Positions 45,060 to 58,204 of a stretch of DNA of 64,000 nucleotides are shown here, piece by piece. The notes beneath the pieces were generated by a model. The model saw only the letters and a list, made by a program, of their open reading frames with translations, had not been told where the DNA came from and ran no database searches. The stretch spans positions 5,732 through 69,731 of the forward strand of contig CAWGNK010000003.1 in assembly GCA_963823945.1 (NCBI GenBank), in the 5' to 3' direction. The first letter of the stretch is position 1; each line of letters begins with the position of its first letter. The translations under genes were made by a program, and so were the position numbers. The stretch is from an uncultured Acidimicrobiaceae bacterium (lineage in GTDB: Bacteria; Actinomycetota; Acidimicrobiia; Acidimicrobiales; Bog-793).

Positions 45060-46526
45060 CGACCACCTCGCCTGATCAACGGACGAGGCTGGTCAACCGA
45101 GCCACCGACCGGTGAGCACTGCCGGTGCCAGGGCCTCGAGCCCTAGGACTAGATCGTGCCCCGGTCGGTCGGTGAGGTCTCCTTCGACGGCTGGTGGGAT
45201 GTCGTGCCTCGAGCACTGAACCATTAGGAAGCTGCTGGAGCCCTCGGGCTCGACGCTGGTGCCATCGAGGGGAGGACGCAGATGATCTTTGTCGGAGTGG
45301 ACTGGGCCGAGGCCCACCACGACGTGCACGTCGAGGACGCAGAGGGTAGGCGCCTCGGGGGAGGCCGGCTGCCCGAGGGCGTCGAGGGGATCGCCCGTTT
45401 CCACGAGCTCGTCGGTGCGCATGTCGAAGAGCCGCGCGAGGTGATCGTCGGGATCGAGACCGACCGGGGCCTGTTCGTCGCGGCGCTCGTGGCCGCGGGC
45501 TACCTCGTGTTCGCCGTGAACCCGCTGTCGACCTCGCGCTATCGGGACCGCCACGCGAGCTCGGGCGCGAAGTCCGATCCCGGCGACGCCAAGGTGCTGG
45601 CCGACATGGTCCGCACCGACCGGCACAACCACCGCCCCGTCGCCGGTGACTCCGAGGTCGTCGCGGCGGTGAAGGTCCTCGCCCGAGCCCACCAGTCGAT
45701 GATCTGGTCGAGAGGCCGGCAGGCCAACGCGCTGCGCTCGACGCTGCGGGAGTTCTACCCGGCGGCGCTCGTGGCCTTTGACGACCTGGCGAGCGCTGAC
45801 GCCACCGAGGTGCTGGTAGTCGCGCCGACCCCGAGCCTCGGTGCGGCGCTTTCGCTCGCAAGAATCGCCTCGGCACTGCGCCGTGGCGGGCGGCAGCGCC
45901 GGATCGACGAGCGAGCCCGAGAGATCCAGGCGGCACTGCGCGCCCCCCAGCTCGAGGGCTCCGCCCTGGTGGCGAGCGCGATGGGTGCCTCGGTCCAGGC
46001 CTCGGTGGCGGTGATCTCGACGATGAACGCCGAGATCACGAAGCTCGCGCGCCAGCTGGAAGCGGGTTTTGAGCTGCACCCGGCCGCCGGGGTGGTCCGT
46101 TCCCTACCAGGACTGGGGACCATCCTCGGCGCCCGGGTGCTCGGCGAGTTCGGGGATGACCCGGACCGTTACGCCAGTGCCAAGTCTCGCAAGAACTACG
46201 CCGGCACGTCGCCGATCACCCGCGCGTCGGGCACCAAGCGCGTCGTGCTCGCCCGCTACGCCCGCAACATGCGCCTCGCCGACGCGATCTACCTGTGGGC
46301 CTTTGCGAGCCTCACCGCGTCGCCGGGGGCCCGCGCCTTCTACGACGCCCACCGGAAAGCCGGCGACACCCACCATGCGGCGCTGAGGGCCCTCGGCAAC
46401 CGGCTCGTCGGCATCCTCCACGGCTGTCTCGTCAACGGCAGTTTCTACGACGAGCACACCGCCTGGGGCCACCGCGCAGAGAGCCAACTCACCGAGGCCG
46501 CTTGACATCTTCGGGCCGTGGGATAT
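45060..46526 (+). mobile_element. IS110-family insertion sequence (boundaries approximate)
   Basis: A single DEDD-type transposase gene fills the roughly 1.47-kb gap between the GT4 stop (45052) and the ppx-fusion stop (46527). No terminal inverted repeats seen, as usual for IS110. Confidence 0.7.
45282..46505 (+). CDS. IS110-family transposase
   Basis: 407 aa. N-terminal MIFVGVDWAEAHHDV (DEDD_Tnp_IS110 start). C-terminal LRSLPGLGTILGARVLGEFG and YAGTSPITRASG (Transposase_20 region). Confidence 0.9.
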   Translation: MIFVGVDWAEAHHDVHVEDAEGRRLGGGRLPEGVEGIARFHELVGAHVEEPREVIVGIETDRGLFVAALVAAGYLVFAVNPLSTSRYRDRHASSGAKSDPGDAKVLADMVRTDRHNHRPVAGDSEVVAAVKVLARAHQSMIWSRGRQANALRSTLREFYPAALVAFDDLASADATEVLVVAPTPSLGAALSLARIASALRRGGRQRRIDERAREIQAALRAPQLEGSALVASAMGASVQASVAVISTMNAEITKLARQLEAGFELHPAAGVVRSLPGLGTILGARVLGEFGDDPDRYASAKSRKNYAGTSPITRASGTKRVVLARYARNMRLADAIYLWAFASLTASPGARAFYDAHRKAGDTHHAALRALGNRLVGILHGCLVNGSFYDEHTAWGHRAESQLTEAA

Positions 46527-48458
46527 CTAGACCCCGCGCAGTTCGGCGGCGATCCCGTCGAGGATGTCGCGCTCGGAGTGGACGAGGCTCTCGTGGCTGA
46601 GACGGGTCATCAGCTCGGCCAGGACGGCGAGACCACCGACGATGACGTCCGCCCTCCCCGGCTCGATGGCGGGCCGTTCCCGGCGCTGCGCCGCGCTCTC
46701 CGCCGCCAGCCTGCCGAGCCACGCCTCGACCGCGGCCAGCGAGAGCTCGACGAGGTGGACCCGGTCGGAGTCGTAGTGGTCGAGGCCGATCTCGAGGGCG
46801 GCGAGCGTCGAGATCGTGCCGGCGACACCGACCATCCGGCGCGGCACGCCGAGGGCTGGAAGGCGCGTGAGCGCGGCGTCAACCACCCCGCCGACGAAAC
46901 TGCGGGCGGCCGCCAACTCGGCGGCGCCCGGCGGGTCGCTCGCCAGGAAGCGCTCCGTCACCCGCACACAGCCGACGTCGAGCGACACGACCGCCCCCGG
47001 CGCGCCGTTGCCCGTCGCACTCCCGGCGACGAGCTCGGTCGAACCGCCGCCGAGGTCGACGACGAGGAACGGACCCTCGGCGGCGGCGAGCTCGGCCGTC
47101 GCTCCCTTGTAGGAAAGACGCCCCTCGGCCTCGCCGGCGATGAGCTCGGGCCGCACGCCCAGCACCGTCGTCGCGGCGTCGAAGAACACCGCCGAGTTGC
47201 CGGCGTCCCGCGCCGCCGAGGTCGCCGCCGCCCGGACACGCACGACGCCGTGTGCGTCGATGAGCTCGCGGTACTCGGCCAAGGCGGCGAGCGTGCGCTC
47301 GATGCCGGCCGAGGCGAGCTCGCCCGTGCGGTCGACGCCCTCGCCGAGGCGCGTGACGATCATCCGGCGCTCGAGCGTCGTGCCGTCGGCGGCCATCACG
47401 AGCAGGCGGGTCGAGTTCGTCCCGCAGTCGACCGCGGCGACGGCGCCGGCGAGTCGCCCGCCGAGCTCGTCGACGACCCAGCGGCCGACGGGGTCCCCGC
47501 CGCCCGCGAGGTACCAGGCGAGGTGGGCGTGGAGACACTTCACGCCCGTCCGGGTGCCGCCGACCCCGCCTGTCGGGCGCGGGCCGCGGTGCCCGGCCGG
47601 AATCAGCGCGTCGCGCGCCGCGGCGTAGCGGGCGTGTGCCGCGGCGAGCACGGCCGGGTCGACGGCGCGCTCGGCCCGGCGGACGCCACCGTCCGCTTCG
47701 AGCCGGCCGACGAGCTCCCGTTCGGCCCGGCCGACGAGCCAGTAGGTGGTCGGCATCGGTGTGCCGTCGTCGAGGAACGGCGCGTTGGCGATGACGACGG
47801 GGGCGCCGGCCGCATCCCGCACGACGACCCGGAAACCCCCGGCGGGCGGGCGACCCAGCAACTCCGTCACGGCGGCGAGATCGGCGGCCGACGCCTCCCC
47901 GGCGCCCGGACCCCGGTCAGCCGCGCCGGCTGCGCCGGACTGCGCGGGCGGCGGCGACGGCGAACCGCCGGGGAAGTCGAGCGGACAGGTGGTGACGCGG
48001 GCGGTCTGAGCCGAGAGCATCCGGTCGAACCGGCCCTCGAGGGGGAGCAGCGGCCACACCGCCGCCGCCAGCCGGACGAGGCCCGCCGGCCGCCCCCCCA
48101 CGGTGCCGACGACGATCTCTCCTGCCGGCGCCTCCGCGATGCGGCGCCAGCTCGCCGGGTCGGCCCCCGCGCCCCCCGCGGCCAGCGCCTCGCCGAGCGC
48201 CACGAGGAGGGCGTCGGCGCCCGAGCGCTGCGCGTAGTCGACCGCCGCCCGCAGGGCTGCGGCCTCGCTCGGTGTGTCGGCGCGATCGACGAGCACCGTC
48301 ACCTCCGCCGGCAGATGGCTCAGCGACGCCGCCGGGCCCAGCACCACGACGACCTCGCCCAGACCCGCCGCGACAGCGGAGGCCGCGACCCGGCCGAGCG
48401 GCCCGGGGCTCGCGCCACCCGACCCCTCGACGGCGACGACGACGGCGATCGTGCTCAT
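46527..48458 (-). CDS. ppx: fusion protein: N-terminal domain of about 190 aa (weak MobA-like resemblance), DUF501, and Ppx/GppA phosphatase
   Basis: 643 aa. Middle region FLDDGTPMPTTYWLVG...VKCLHAHLAWYLAGG is DUF501-like. C-terminal AAVDCGTNSTRLLV...VVDLGGGSTE...GVAGT matches the Ppx/GppA ASKHA fold. Confidence 0.8.
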   Translation of the reverse strand: MSTIAVVVAVEGSGGASPGPLGRVAASAVAAGLGEVVVVLGPAASLSHLPAEVTVLVDRADTPSEAAALRAAVDYAQRSGADALLVALGEALAAGGAGADPASWRRIAEAPAGEIVVGTVGGRPAGLVRLAAAVWPLLPLEGRFDRMLSAQTARVTTCPLDFPGGSPSPPPAQSGAAGAADRGPGAGEASAADLAAVTELLGRPPAGGFRVVVRDAAGAPVVIANAPFLDDGTPMPTTYWLVGRAERELVGRLEADGGVRRAERAVDPAVLAAAHARYAAARDALIPAGHRGPRPTGGVGGTRTGVKCLHAHLAWYLAGGGDPVGRWVVDELGGRLAGAVAAVDCGTNSTRLLVMAADGTTLERRMIVTRLGEGVDRTGELASAGIERTLAALAEYRELIDAHGVVRVRAAATSAARDAGNSAVFFDAATTVLGVRPELIAGEAEGRLSYKGATAELAAAEGPFLVVDLGGGSTELVAGSATGNGAPGAVVSLDVGCVRVTERFLASDPPGAAELAAARSFVGGVVDAALTRLPALGVPRRMVGVAGTISTLAALEIGLDHYDSDRVHLVELSLAAVEAWLGRLAAESAAQRRERPAIEPGRADVIVGGLAVLAELMTRLSHESLVHSERDILDGIAAELRGV

Positions 48459-48634
48459 CGCCGCAGCTTAGAGGCGCCCCAGTGGCCCAGTCCCTCCCGG
48501 CGGCGAGGCCGCGGCGCGGCGACTCGACGCCGCCAGACGGTCCTTGGCTAACGTCGCGGTGTGCCCCACGACGCCGGAGGTGCCGACCGCGCGAGCGGGG
48601 GCTGCGGCTCGTTCCCCGACCGGCCCGGGCCCGC

Positions 48635-49606
48635 ATGACGGGACGGGCGCGGGGGGCGGTCGTCGGCCCCGTGATGGCGATCCTCGTCGCCACCGCGCTT
48701 CCGGCCGGGGCCGGGACGCCGTCCACGGGGAGCCTCGAGGCGCAGGCGAGCGCCATCGCCGCCACGCTCGCCCGGGACAACAGCCAGCTCGACTCGCTCG
48801 GCGAGCAGTACCTGACAGCGAGGGCCGACTACACGCGGGCCAGCGCCGCCGCCAAGGTCACCTCCGTCGGCGTGTCGCGCATCGAGCGGCACCTCGGCCG
48901 GGACCGCACCGCCATGACCCTGGCCGCGATCGGGGCCTACGTCAACGCCGGGACGACGACGGACCTCGGGAGCCTCCTCGTCGGCAAGCCCAACGAGGCG
49001 ACCGTCGAGCAGACCTACCTCCGCTACGCCGAGGGCAAGCTCGGTTCGGCGATCGCGAGCTACCAGAACGAAGCGGCGCGCCTGCACTCGTCGCTCGCCG
49101 TCGAGACGCACGACGCCGCGGTGGCGAAGGCGGCGCTCGCCCGCACGACCACGGCGCGGATCCAGGTCGTTGGCACGCTGCGACGCGAACAGCAGCTGTA
49201 CGACTCCGTGCAGGGCAGGCTCGCCCGGCTCGTCGCCGCGCAGCTCGCCGCCCAGCAGGCCGCCCAAGCCAAGCAACAGGCCACCGGGCAGGGAGGCGGG
49301 AACCAGACGGGCCCGCCGTCACTGTCGGGGACACAGGGGCTTGGAAAGTCGCCGATCCCGCCAGGCTCGCTCAGCCAGGACTTCGCCGAACTGCGCAACT
49401 GCGAGTCCGGCGGGAACTACCAGACGAACACCGGGAACGGCTACTACGGCGCCTACCAGTTCGCCCTCCAGACGTGGCTCGGGCTCGGCGAGACCGGCCT
49501 GCCGAGCGACGCACCGCCCGGGGTCCAGGACGCGGCCGCCTACCTCCTCTACAAGCGCGACGGCTGGAACCCCTGGCCCGCCTGTTCGGCGCTGCTCGGC
49601 CTCTAG
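48635..49606 (+). CDS. secreted coiled-coil protein with C-terminal Rpf-type transglycosylase-like domain
   Basis: ORF 48272..49606 trimmed to ATG 48635, giving signal peptide MTGRARGAVVGPVMAILVATALPAGAG. C-terminal NCESGGNYQTNTGNGYYGAYQFALQTW...WPAC. Confidence 0.8.
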   Translation: MTGRARGAVVGPVMAILVATALPAGAGTPSTGSLEAQASAIAATLARDNSQLDSLGEQYLTARADYTRASAAAKVTSVGVSRIERHLGRDRTAMTLAAIGAYVNAGTTTDLGSLLVGKPNEATVEQTYLRYAEGKLGSAIASYQNEAARLHSSLAVETHDAAVAKAALARTTTARIQVVGTLRREQQLYDSVQGRLARLVAAQLAAQQAAQAKQQATGQGGGNQTGPPSLSGTQGLGKSPIPPGSLSQDFAELRNCESGGNYQTNTGNGYYGAYQFALQTWLGLGETGLPSDAPPGVQDAAAYLLYKRDGWNPWPACSALLGL

Positions 49607-49683
49607 CGCGCAACCCAGGGCTCGGGGAGCGACCGCGCGAACCTGCGCCCGCGGCGGGGACTAGCGGCGGTGAGCGGTGACGC

Positions 49684-52963
<3,280 letters not shown>

Positions 52964-54005
52964 CTAGCCTCCGCTGGTGAGGCCCGCACCGACCGCCGAC
53001 GGGTTCGGCACGAGATCGACGGGCGGGCCGCTCGGCGGACGCACCTCCCAGGTGCCGCTGACATTCACCCAGGTGCCGTAGGCCGGGTCGACCGAGACTT
53101 GGGCGCGCCCGATGTTCGCGGCCGCCTGTTCTTCCGCCGCCGACAAGCCGGCCGAGACGACGCCGAGCGCCACGTCGAGAAGCGGCGCGACCGGGCGGCG
53201 GGTGACCTCGAGGAGCAACCAGTACTTCCCGAATGGAACCGGACTGGAGAGCTTGCCCAGGGCCAGGTGGGCGACGGACTCACGGAGTGGCTGAATGAGG
53301 GTCGCCGGCGGGATGCAGCCGAGGTAGCCGCCACGCTCCGCCGTCGAGGCGTCGAGCGAGTTCAGCCGGGCCACCTTGGCGAAGCTGACCCCGCCGCTGA
53401 CCGCGATCGCGAGCTGCGCCGCCTTGGCCCGTGACGCGACGACGATCACCCAGGCGCAGTCGAGGATCGCTGAGCCGCGGTGGTTCCGCTCGTAGGCGGT
53501 GACACCCGCCGCCGTCAGCCGGACACCTTCGACGTGGGCGGCGAGCGTGATCTTCGCCGGACTGGTACTGGACGAGGGCGGCGCGATAGGCGGCGACAAG
53601 ACCCGAGAACACCTTCGCCGCCCCGAATCTGCACTTCGAGGCGAGCTCGCGCTGCATTTCCTGCTCGATCTGGTTGCGCGCCAGCTTGGCTGCGAACCGC
53701 CCATCCGGAAGCCCGAGGCGGCCCGCCATGTCGTGGATGGCGTCGGCCTGGATGAGCCGCGTGAGCACGCCGGCCGCGAAGCTGGCGTCGTAGGTTCCCG
53801 GGGCGACGCCGACGACCCCGGACGTCCCGATGAGACAACGGAAACCGGGGTCGCCCGCCACCGAGTCGAGCGCGGCGTCGAGCGTCGACTGCGAAACGGC
53901 GACCCCGCCCACCCGGGCCGCGTCGGGCGTGAACTGAGCGTTGCAGGCGCCGAGCGCCAGGGCCGCGACAAGGGCCAGACAGAGGAGAACGGAGATCCTG
54001 CGCAC
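52964..54005 (-). pseudogene. SurA/PpiC (parvulin)-type lipoprotein gene interrupted by a frameshift near 53555-53575
   Basis: The N-terminal half is in the frame of ORF 53280..54923: GTG 54005, VRRISVLLCLALVAALALGAC lipobox, up to ...AYRAALVQYQ. The C-terminal half is in the frame of ORF 52964..53971: KITLAAHVEGV...ILDCAWVIVVASRAKAAQL...GGYLGCI...PVPFGKYWLLLEV parvulin motifs. The two frames differ by +1. Confidence 0.7.
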
Positions 54006-54049
54006 GCTTTGTCGATCGTACGGGCCGCCCGGGGGGTAAGCCAACCGGA

Positions 54050-57000
54050 TCACGCCCGCTGCGGCGCCGGTGCCCCCACCGGCGCGAGCGCCCCGAGGAG
54101 CGCCACGAGGTCGGTGGCGAGCCTCGAGCCCGCAGCCAGCGGCACGACGAGCTGCGGGGGGTCCTCTTTCAGGATCGCCCGGGGCGCGAGCCGCGCAAGC
54201 CGGACACGTCCCGAGGCGGGCAGGCGGAGGGGCGAGACGCGGGCGACGGCCTCGCCGGGGCGTCCCGGGCCGACGGAGCCGGGCCGCGCGGCGACGACGG
54301 TCACCTCGGTCGCGCCGATCCGCACGCACTCGGCGCGCAGGCGCGCGATCTCGAGGAGCGCCGCCGCCTGGGGCGGCAGCGGGCCGTAGCGGTCGAGCCA
54401 CTCGTCGCCGATGTCGTCCACCTCGGCCTGGTCCCGCACGGCAGCGAGCCGGCGGTAGGCCTCGAGGCGGAGGTCCTCCCGGGTGACGTAGCTCGCCGGC
54501 AGGTGGGCGTCGAGCGGCACGTCGAGGCGGACCTCCACGGGGGGAGGGGCCTCCTCGCCCTTCAGCTCGGCGACAGCCTCGGCGACCATGCGGACGTAGA
54601 GGTCGTAGCCGACCGCCGCGATGTGCCCGGACTGGTCGGTGCCCAGCAGGCTCCCCGCGCCGCGGATCTCGAGGTCGCGCATCGCGATCTTGAAGCCGGA
54701 GCCGAGCTCGGTGTGCTCGCCGATCGTGCGGAGCCGCTCGTAGGCCTGCTCGCTGAGCACGCGGTCGGCGGGATGGAACAGGTAGGCGTAGGCCCGCGAC
54801 GACGAGCGGCCGACCCGCCCGCGCAGCTGGTGCAGCTGCCCGAGACCGAGCAGGTCGGCACGGTCGACGACGAGGGTGTTCACGGCCGGCATGTCGATCC
54901 CGGATTCGATGATCGTCGTGCACACGAGCACGTCGTAACGGCCCTCGGTGAAGTCGACGACGGTCCGCTCGAGGCTGCCCTCGTCCATCTGGCCGTGGGC
55001 GATCGCGATGCGTGCCTCGGGCGCGAGCGCGGCGACGCGCGCCGCGACGGCCTCGATCCCCTCGACGCGGTTGTGCACGAAAAAGACCTGACCCTCCCGC
55101 AGAAGCTCCCGGCGGATCGCCTCGGAGACGGCCCGGTCGTCCTCCTCGCCGACGTAGGTGAGGATCGGCTGGCGTTCAGCCGGGGGCGTGTCGATGACCG
55201 AGAGGTCGCGGATCCCGGTGAGGCCCATCTCGAGGGTGCGCGGGATCGGGTTCGCCGTGAGCGTCAGCACGTCGACGCCGATCGCCAGCTTCTTGATCGC
55301 CTCTTTCTGGTTCACCCCGAAGCGCTGCTCCTCGTCGACGACCAGCAGGCCGAGCTGGCGGAACCGCACGTCGTCGGCCAGCAGCCGGTGGGTCCCGACG
55401 ACCAGGTCGACCGAGCCGTCGGCGAGGCCACGGACGACGGCCGCGGCCTCGGCCGCCGTGAGGAAGCGCGAGAGCATCTCGACCCGCACCGGGTAGGGCG
55501 CGAAGCGGTCGGCGATCGTCTCGTAGTGCTGGCGGGCGAGGATCGTCGTCGGCACGAGCACCGCGACCTGCATCCCGTCCTGGACGGCCTTGAAAGCCGC
55601 GCGCACGGCGACCTCGGTCTTGCCGAACCCGACGTCGCCGCAGACCAGACGGTCCATCGGGACGGGGCGCTCCATGTCCGCCTTCACGTCCGCCACGGCC
55701 CGCAGCTGGTCGGCCGTCTCGGGGTAGGGGAAGGACTGCTCGAGCTCGGCCTGCCAGGGCGAGTCGGGGGCGAAGGCGTGGCCCGGCGAGGCGAGTCGAC
55801 GGCGGTACAGCACGACGAGCTCCTGTGCGACCGCCCGCACCGCCTGGCGGACGCGGGCCCGGCTGCGCTGCCATTCGCTGCCGTTCAGCCGGTTGAGCGA
55901 GGGGTGCTCTCCTCCCGTGTACGGCGTGATCGTGTCGATCTGGTCCGAGGGCACGTAGAGCCGGTCGCCGCCCCGGTACTCGAGCAGGAGGTAGTCGCGT
56001 TCGGTGCCGGCGATGCCGCGGCGCACCATGCCGCCGTAACGGGCGACGCCGTGGACGTGGTGGACGACGTAGCTGCCGACGACGAGGTCGTCGAAGAAGC
56101 CCTCGACGGGACGGGCGCGGGGCCGGGGCACGCGGTGCGGGCGGTGCCGACCCGTGAGGTCGCTCTCGGCGAGCACCGCGACGTGCGGGGCCTGGAGCAC
56201 GAAGCCCCGGTCGAGAGACGCCACGACGACGTGGGTCCCGGGGTGGCGCAGCGCGCGGGCGTGCCCCTCGTCGCCGAGGGGCGTCTCGAAGAGCCGGTCA
56301 ACCGTGACACCGGCTTCGTCAAGGACATCGGAGATCCTGGCGGCGCTCCCGGCCCCCTCGGCGGCGACGACGACGACTCCGGAGCGGGAGAGCTCGCCGA
56401 TGCGGCGGGCGAGTGGCGTCACATCGCCCAGCGCCTGGGGCCAACCCCCGACCACGATCGTCTCGGTGCCCGGCCCCTCGGCGGTCGCGAGCAGCGAGGT
56501 GACACGCGCCGGGGTCGTGGCCAACAGCCGGTCGAAACCGGCGTGCAGCGCCGGGGAGTCCGCCCGGCCGAACTCGGCCGGCGATCCGGCGGAGCGCCAG
56601 GTCTCGGCGAGCGACGCCGCCAGCGCCGACTCCTCGTCGATGATCTCGACGGCGCGGTCACGCATGCGCCGAGGGTCGACGAGCACGATGCGGTCGGCCG
56701 GGCCCAACTGGTCGGTGACGAGGCGTACGTCGGCGTCGAGCCACGGCAGGAAGGACTCGAGGCCGTCGAAGACCTCCCCCTCGGCGATCCGCGCGAACTG
56801 CTCCCGGGCGAACGGTGCGGTCCGGGCGAGCCCGGCGGCGGCGGCCCGGCGCGCCTCGGAGAGTCGGAGCTCCCGGCAGCCGAAGACCTCGACCTCGTCG
56901 AGGTCGCGCACGCTGCGCTGGTCGACGACATCGAAGACGGTGAGCCGTTCGACCGAGTCGCCAAGGCAGTCGACGCGCACTCCGTTGTCTGCTGTCGAGG

Positions 57001-57583
57001 GGAACAGGTCGACGATCCCGCCGCGCACCGCCAACTCGCCGCGGTGCTCGACCTGGTACTCCCGCCGGTAGCCGGCCGCGACGAGATCGGCGACGAGCCC
57101 GACGGGGTCGATCTCGCCGCCCCGGCGGATGACGACCGGCGCCGCGTCGCTGATCGTCGGGGCGAGCCGCTGCAGCAGCGCGCGGACGGACGCCACGACG
57201 AGGAGCGCCCCCGGCGCCTCCCCGCGGCCGGTCGAATCGCCGCGGTGCGCCCGGTCGATCCGCCAGATCGTCCGCAGACGACCCCCCATGGTCTCCGCCG
57301 CGGGCGATATCCGCTCGAACGGCAGGGTCTCCCAGGCGGGTAGCACGGCGACTCTGCCCGGGTCGCAGAAGGCGGCGAGATCGTGCGCGATGCGATCGGC
57401 CTCGACAGCGGTCGGTGTCGCGACGAGCAGGACCGGTGCCGAGCTGAACGAAGCGAGACCGGCGAGCAGGTAGGCGCGGGCGGGATCGGCCACTGCGACA
57501 GCCGAGTCCCCCACCGAGAGCAGTTCGGCGAACGCCGGCTCGGCGCGCAGCGCGCCGACTAGCGGCGATAGCGGTGCGGTCAT
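54050..57583 (-). CDS. mfd: transcription-repair coupling factor
   Basis: 1177 aa. Superfamily-2 helicase motifs ([18 protein letters not shown]), a TRG-type region and a CarD-like domain. Confidence 0.95.
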   Translation of the reverse strand: MTAPLSPLVGALRAEPAFAELLSVGDSAVAVADPARAYLLAGLASFSSAPVLLVATPTAVEADRIAHDLAAFCDPGRVAVLPAWETLPFERISPAAETMGGRLRTIWRIDRAHRGDSTGRGEAPGALLVVASVRALLQRLAPTISDAAPVVIRRGGEIDPVGLVADLVAAGYRREYQVEHRGELAVRGGIVDLFPSTADNGVRVDCLGDSVERLTVFDVVDQRSVRDLDEVEVFGCRELRLSEARRAAAAGLARTAPFAREQFARIAEGEVFDGLESFLPWLDADVRLVTDQLGPADRIVLVDPRRMRDRAVEIIDEESALAASLAETWRSAGSPAEFGRADSPALHAGFDRLLATTPARVTSLLATAEGPGTETIVVGGWPQALGDVTPLARRIGELSRSGVVVVAAEGAGSAARISDVLDEAGVTVDRLFETPLGDEGHARALRHPGTHVVVASLDRGFVLQAPHVAVLAESDLTGRHRPHRVPRPRARPVEGFFDDLVVGSYVVHHVHGVARYGGMVRRGIAGTERDYLLLEYRGGDRLYVPSDQIDTITPYTGGEHPSLNRLNGSEWQRSRARVRQAVRAVAQELVVLYRRRLASPGHAFAPDSPWQAELEQSFPYPETADQLRAVADVKADMERPVPMDRLVCGDVGFGKTEVAVRAAFKAVQDGMQVAVLVPTTILARQHYETIADRFAPYPVRVEMLSRFLTAAEAAAVVRGLADGSVDLVVGTHRLLADDVRFRQLGLLVVDEEQRFGVNQKEAIKKLAIGVDVLTLTANPIPRTLEMGLTGIRDLSVIDTPPAERQPILTYVGEEDDRAVSEAIRRELLREGQVFFVHNRVEGIEAVAARVAALAPEARIAIAHGQMDEGSLERTVVDFTEGRYDVLVCTTIIESGIDMPAVNTLVVDRADLLGLGQLHQLRGRVGRSSSRAYAYLFHPADRVLSEQAYERLRTIGEHTELGSGFKIAMRDLEIRGAGSLLGTDQSGHIAAVGYDLYVRMVAEAVAELKGEEAPPPVEVRLDVPLDAHLPASYVTREDLRLEAYRRLAAVRDQAEVDDIGDEWLDRYGPLPPQAAALLEIARLRAECVRIGATEVTVVAARPGSVGPGRPGEAVARVSPLRLPASGRVRLARLAPRAILKEDPPQLVVPLAAGSRLATDLVALLGALAPVGAPAPQRA

Positions 57584-58158
57584 CCCCCGGCGTTCACCAC
57601 GCCCATCGCCACCTCGAGCCCCGAGGAGAAGATGAGCTCCACCGCCTCGGCGGCGCGCTCGACGGCGGCGCCGAGGAGCTCGGACTCGGCGGCCGAGGGC
57701 CGGCGCAGAACGTAGTCGGCACCGGGCATGCGCCCGGGGGGCTTGCCGATGCCGATCCGGACGCGGACGAATTCGAGGGACCCGAGGTGCTGCTCGGCCG
57801 ACTTGAGACCGTTGTGGCCCGCCGTCCCGCCGCCGCGCTTGACCCGCACGAGCCCGACTGGGAGGTCGAGTTCGTCATGGACGACGACGAGCGACGCCGG
57901 GTCGGCGATCGAGAACCGGCGGGTGAGCCCCGCCAGCGCGATGCCGGAATCGTTCATGTAGGTGACCGGGATCGCCAGCGCGAGGCGGCGCCCGTCCGTG
58001 ACGACCTCGGCGGCCCGGGCCGAGGTCCCGCGCTCGGCCCGCAGGACGACGCCGTGGCGCTGCGCGATCAGGGCGACCGCGTCGGCGCCGACGTTGTGGC
58101 GGGTGTGTGCGTACTCGCTTCCGGGGTTGCCCAGTCCGACCGCGAGGAGGTCGGCCGT
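57580..58158 (-). CDS. pth: peptidyl-tRNA hydrolase; 5' end lacks a canonical start codon
   Basis: The ORF track gives only 57580..57957. The same frame continues upstream as ATADLLAVGLGNPGSEYAHTRHNVGADAVALIAQRHG..., the conserved Pth N-terminus. The proposed start is ACG at 58158-58156 with GAGGA 8-12 nt upstream. The stop overlaps the mfd start (ATGA). Confidence 0.8.
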   Translation of the reverse strand, partial: TADLLAVGLGNPGSEYAHTRHNVGADAVALIAQRHGVVLRAERGTSARAAEVVTDGRRLALAIPVTYMNDSGIALAGLTRRFSIADPASLVVVHDELDLPVGLVRVKRGGGTAGHNGLKSAEQHLGSLEFVRVRIGIGKPPGRMPGADYVLRRPSAAESELLGAAVERAAEAVELIFSSGLEVAMGVVNAGG

Positions 58159-58204
58159 CGCGCCGGTCCTCGCCGCGCGGCGCGCCGACCGAGGAGCGTC
58201 GTCG

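Noticed and set aside
48272-48634. N-terminal 121 codons of ORF 48272..49606, and ORFs 47917..48780(-) and 48544..49680(+)
   Set aside because: They are Arg/Pro-rich nonsense overlapping the ppx-fusion start region. The Rpf-like protein has a proper signal peptide starting at ATG 48635.
54503-57343. 946-aa plus-strand ORF, together with other very long antisense ORFs (24165..25667, 29727..31514, 39422..41179, 43283..45079, 20128..21153, 34954..36261, 41727..43193)
   Set aside because: Each lies antisense to a gene with clear family motifs (mfd, pilB, membrane protein, NlpC/P60, GT4, MFS, Pi transporter, GT2). Their Arg/Gly/Asp-rich low-complexity translations are typical of stop-poor antisense frames in high-GC DNA.
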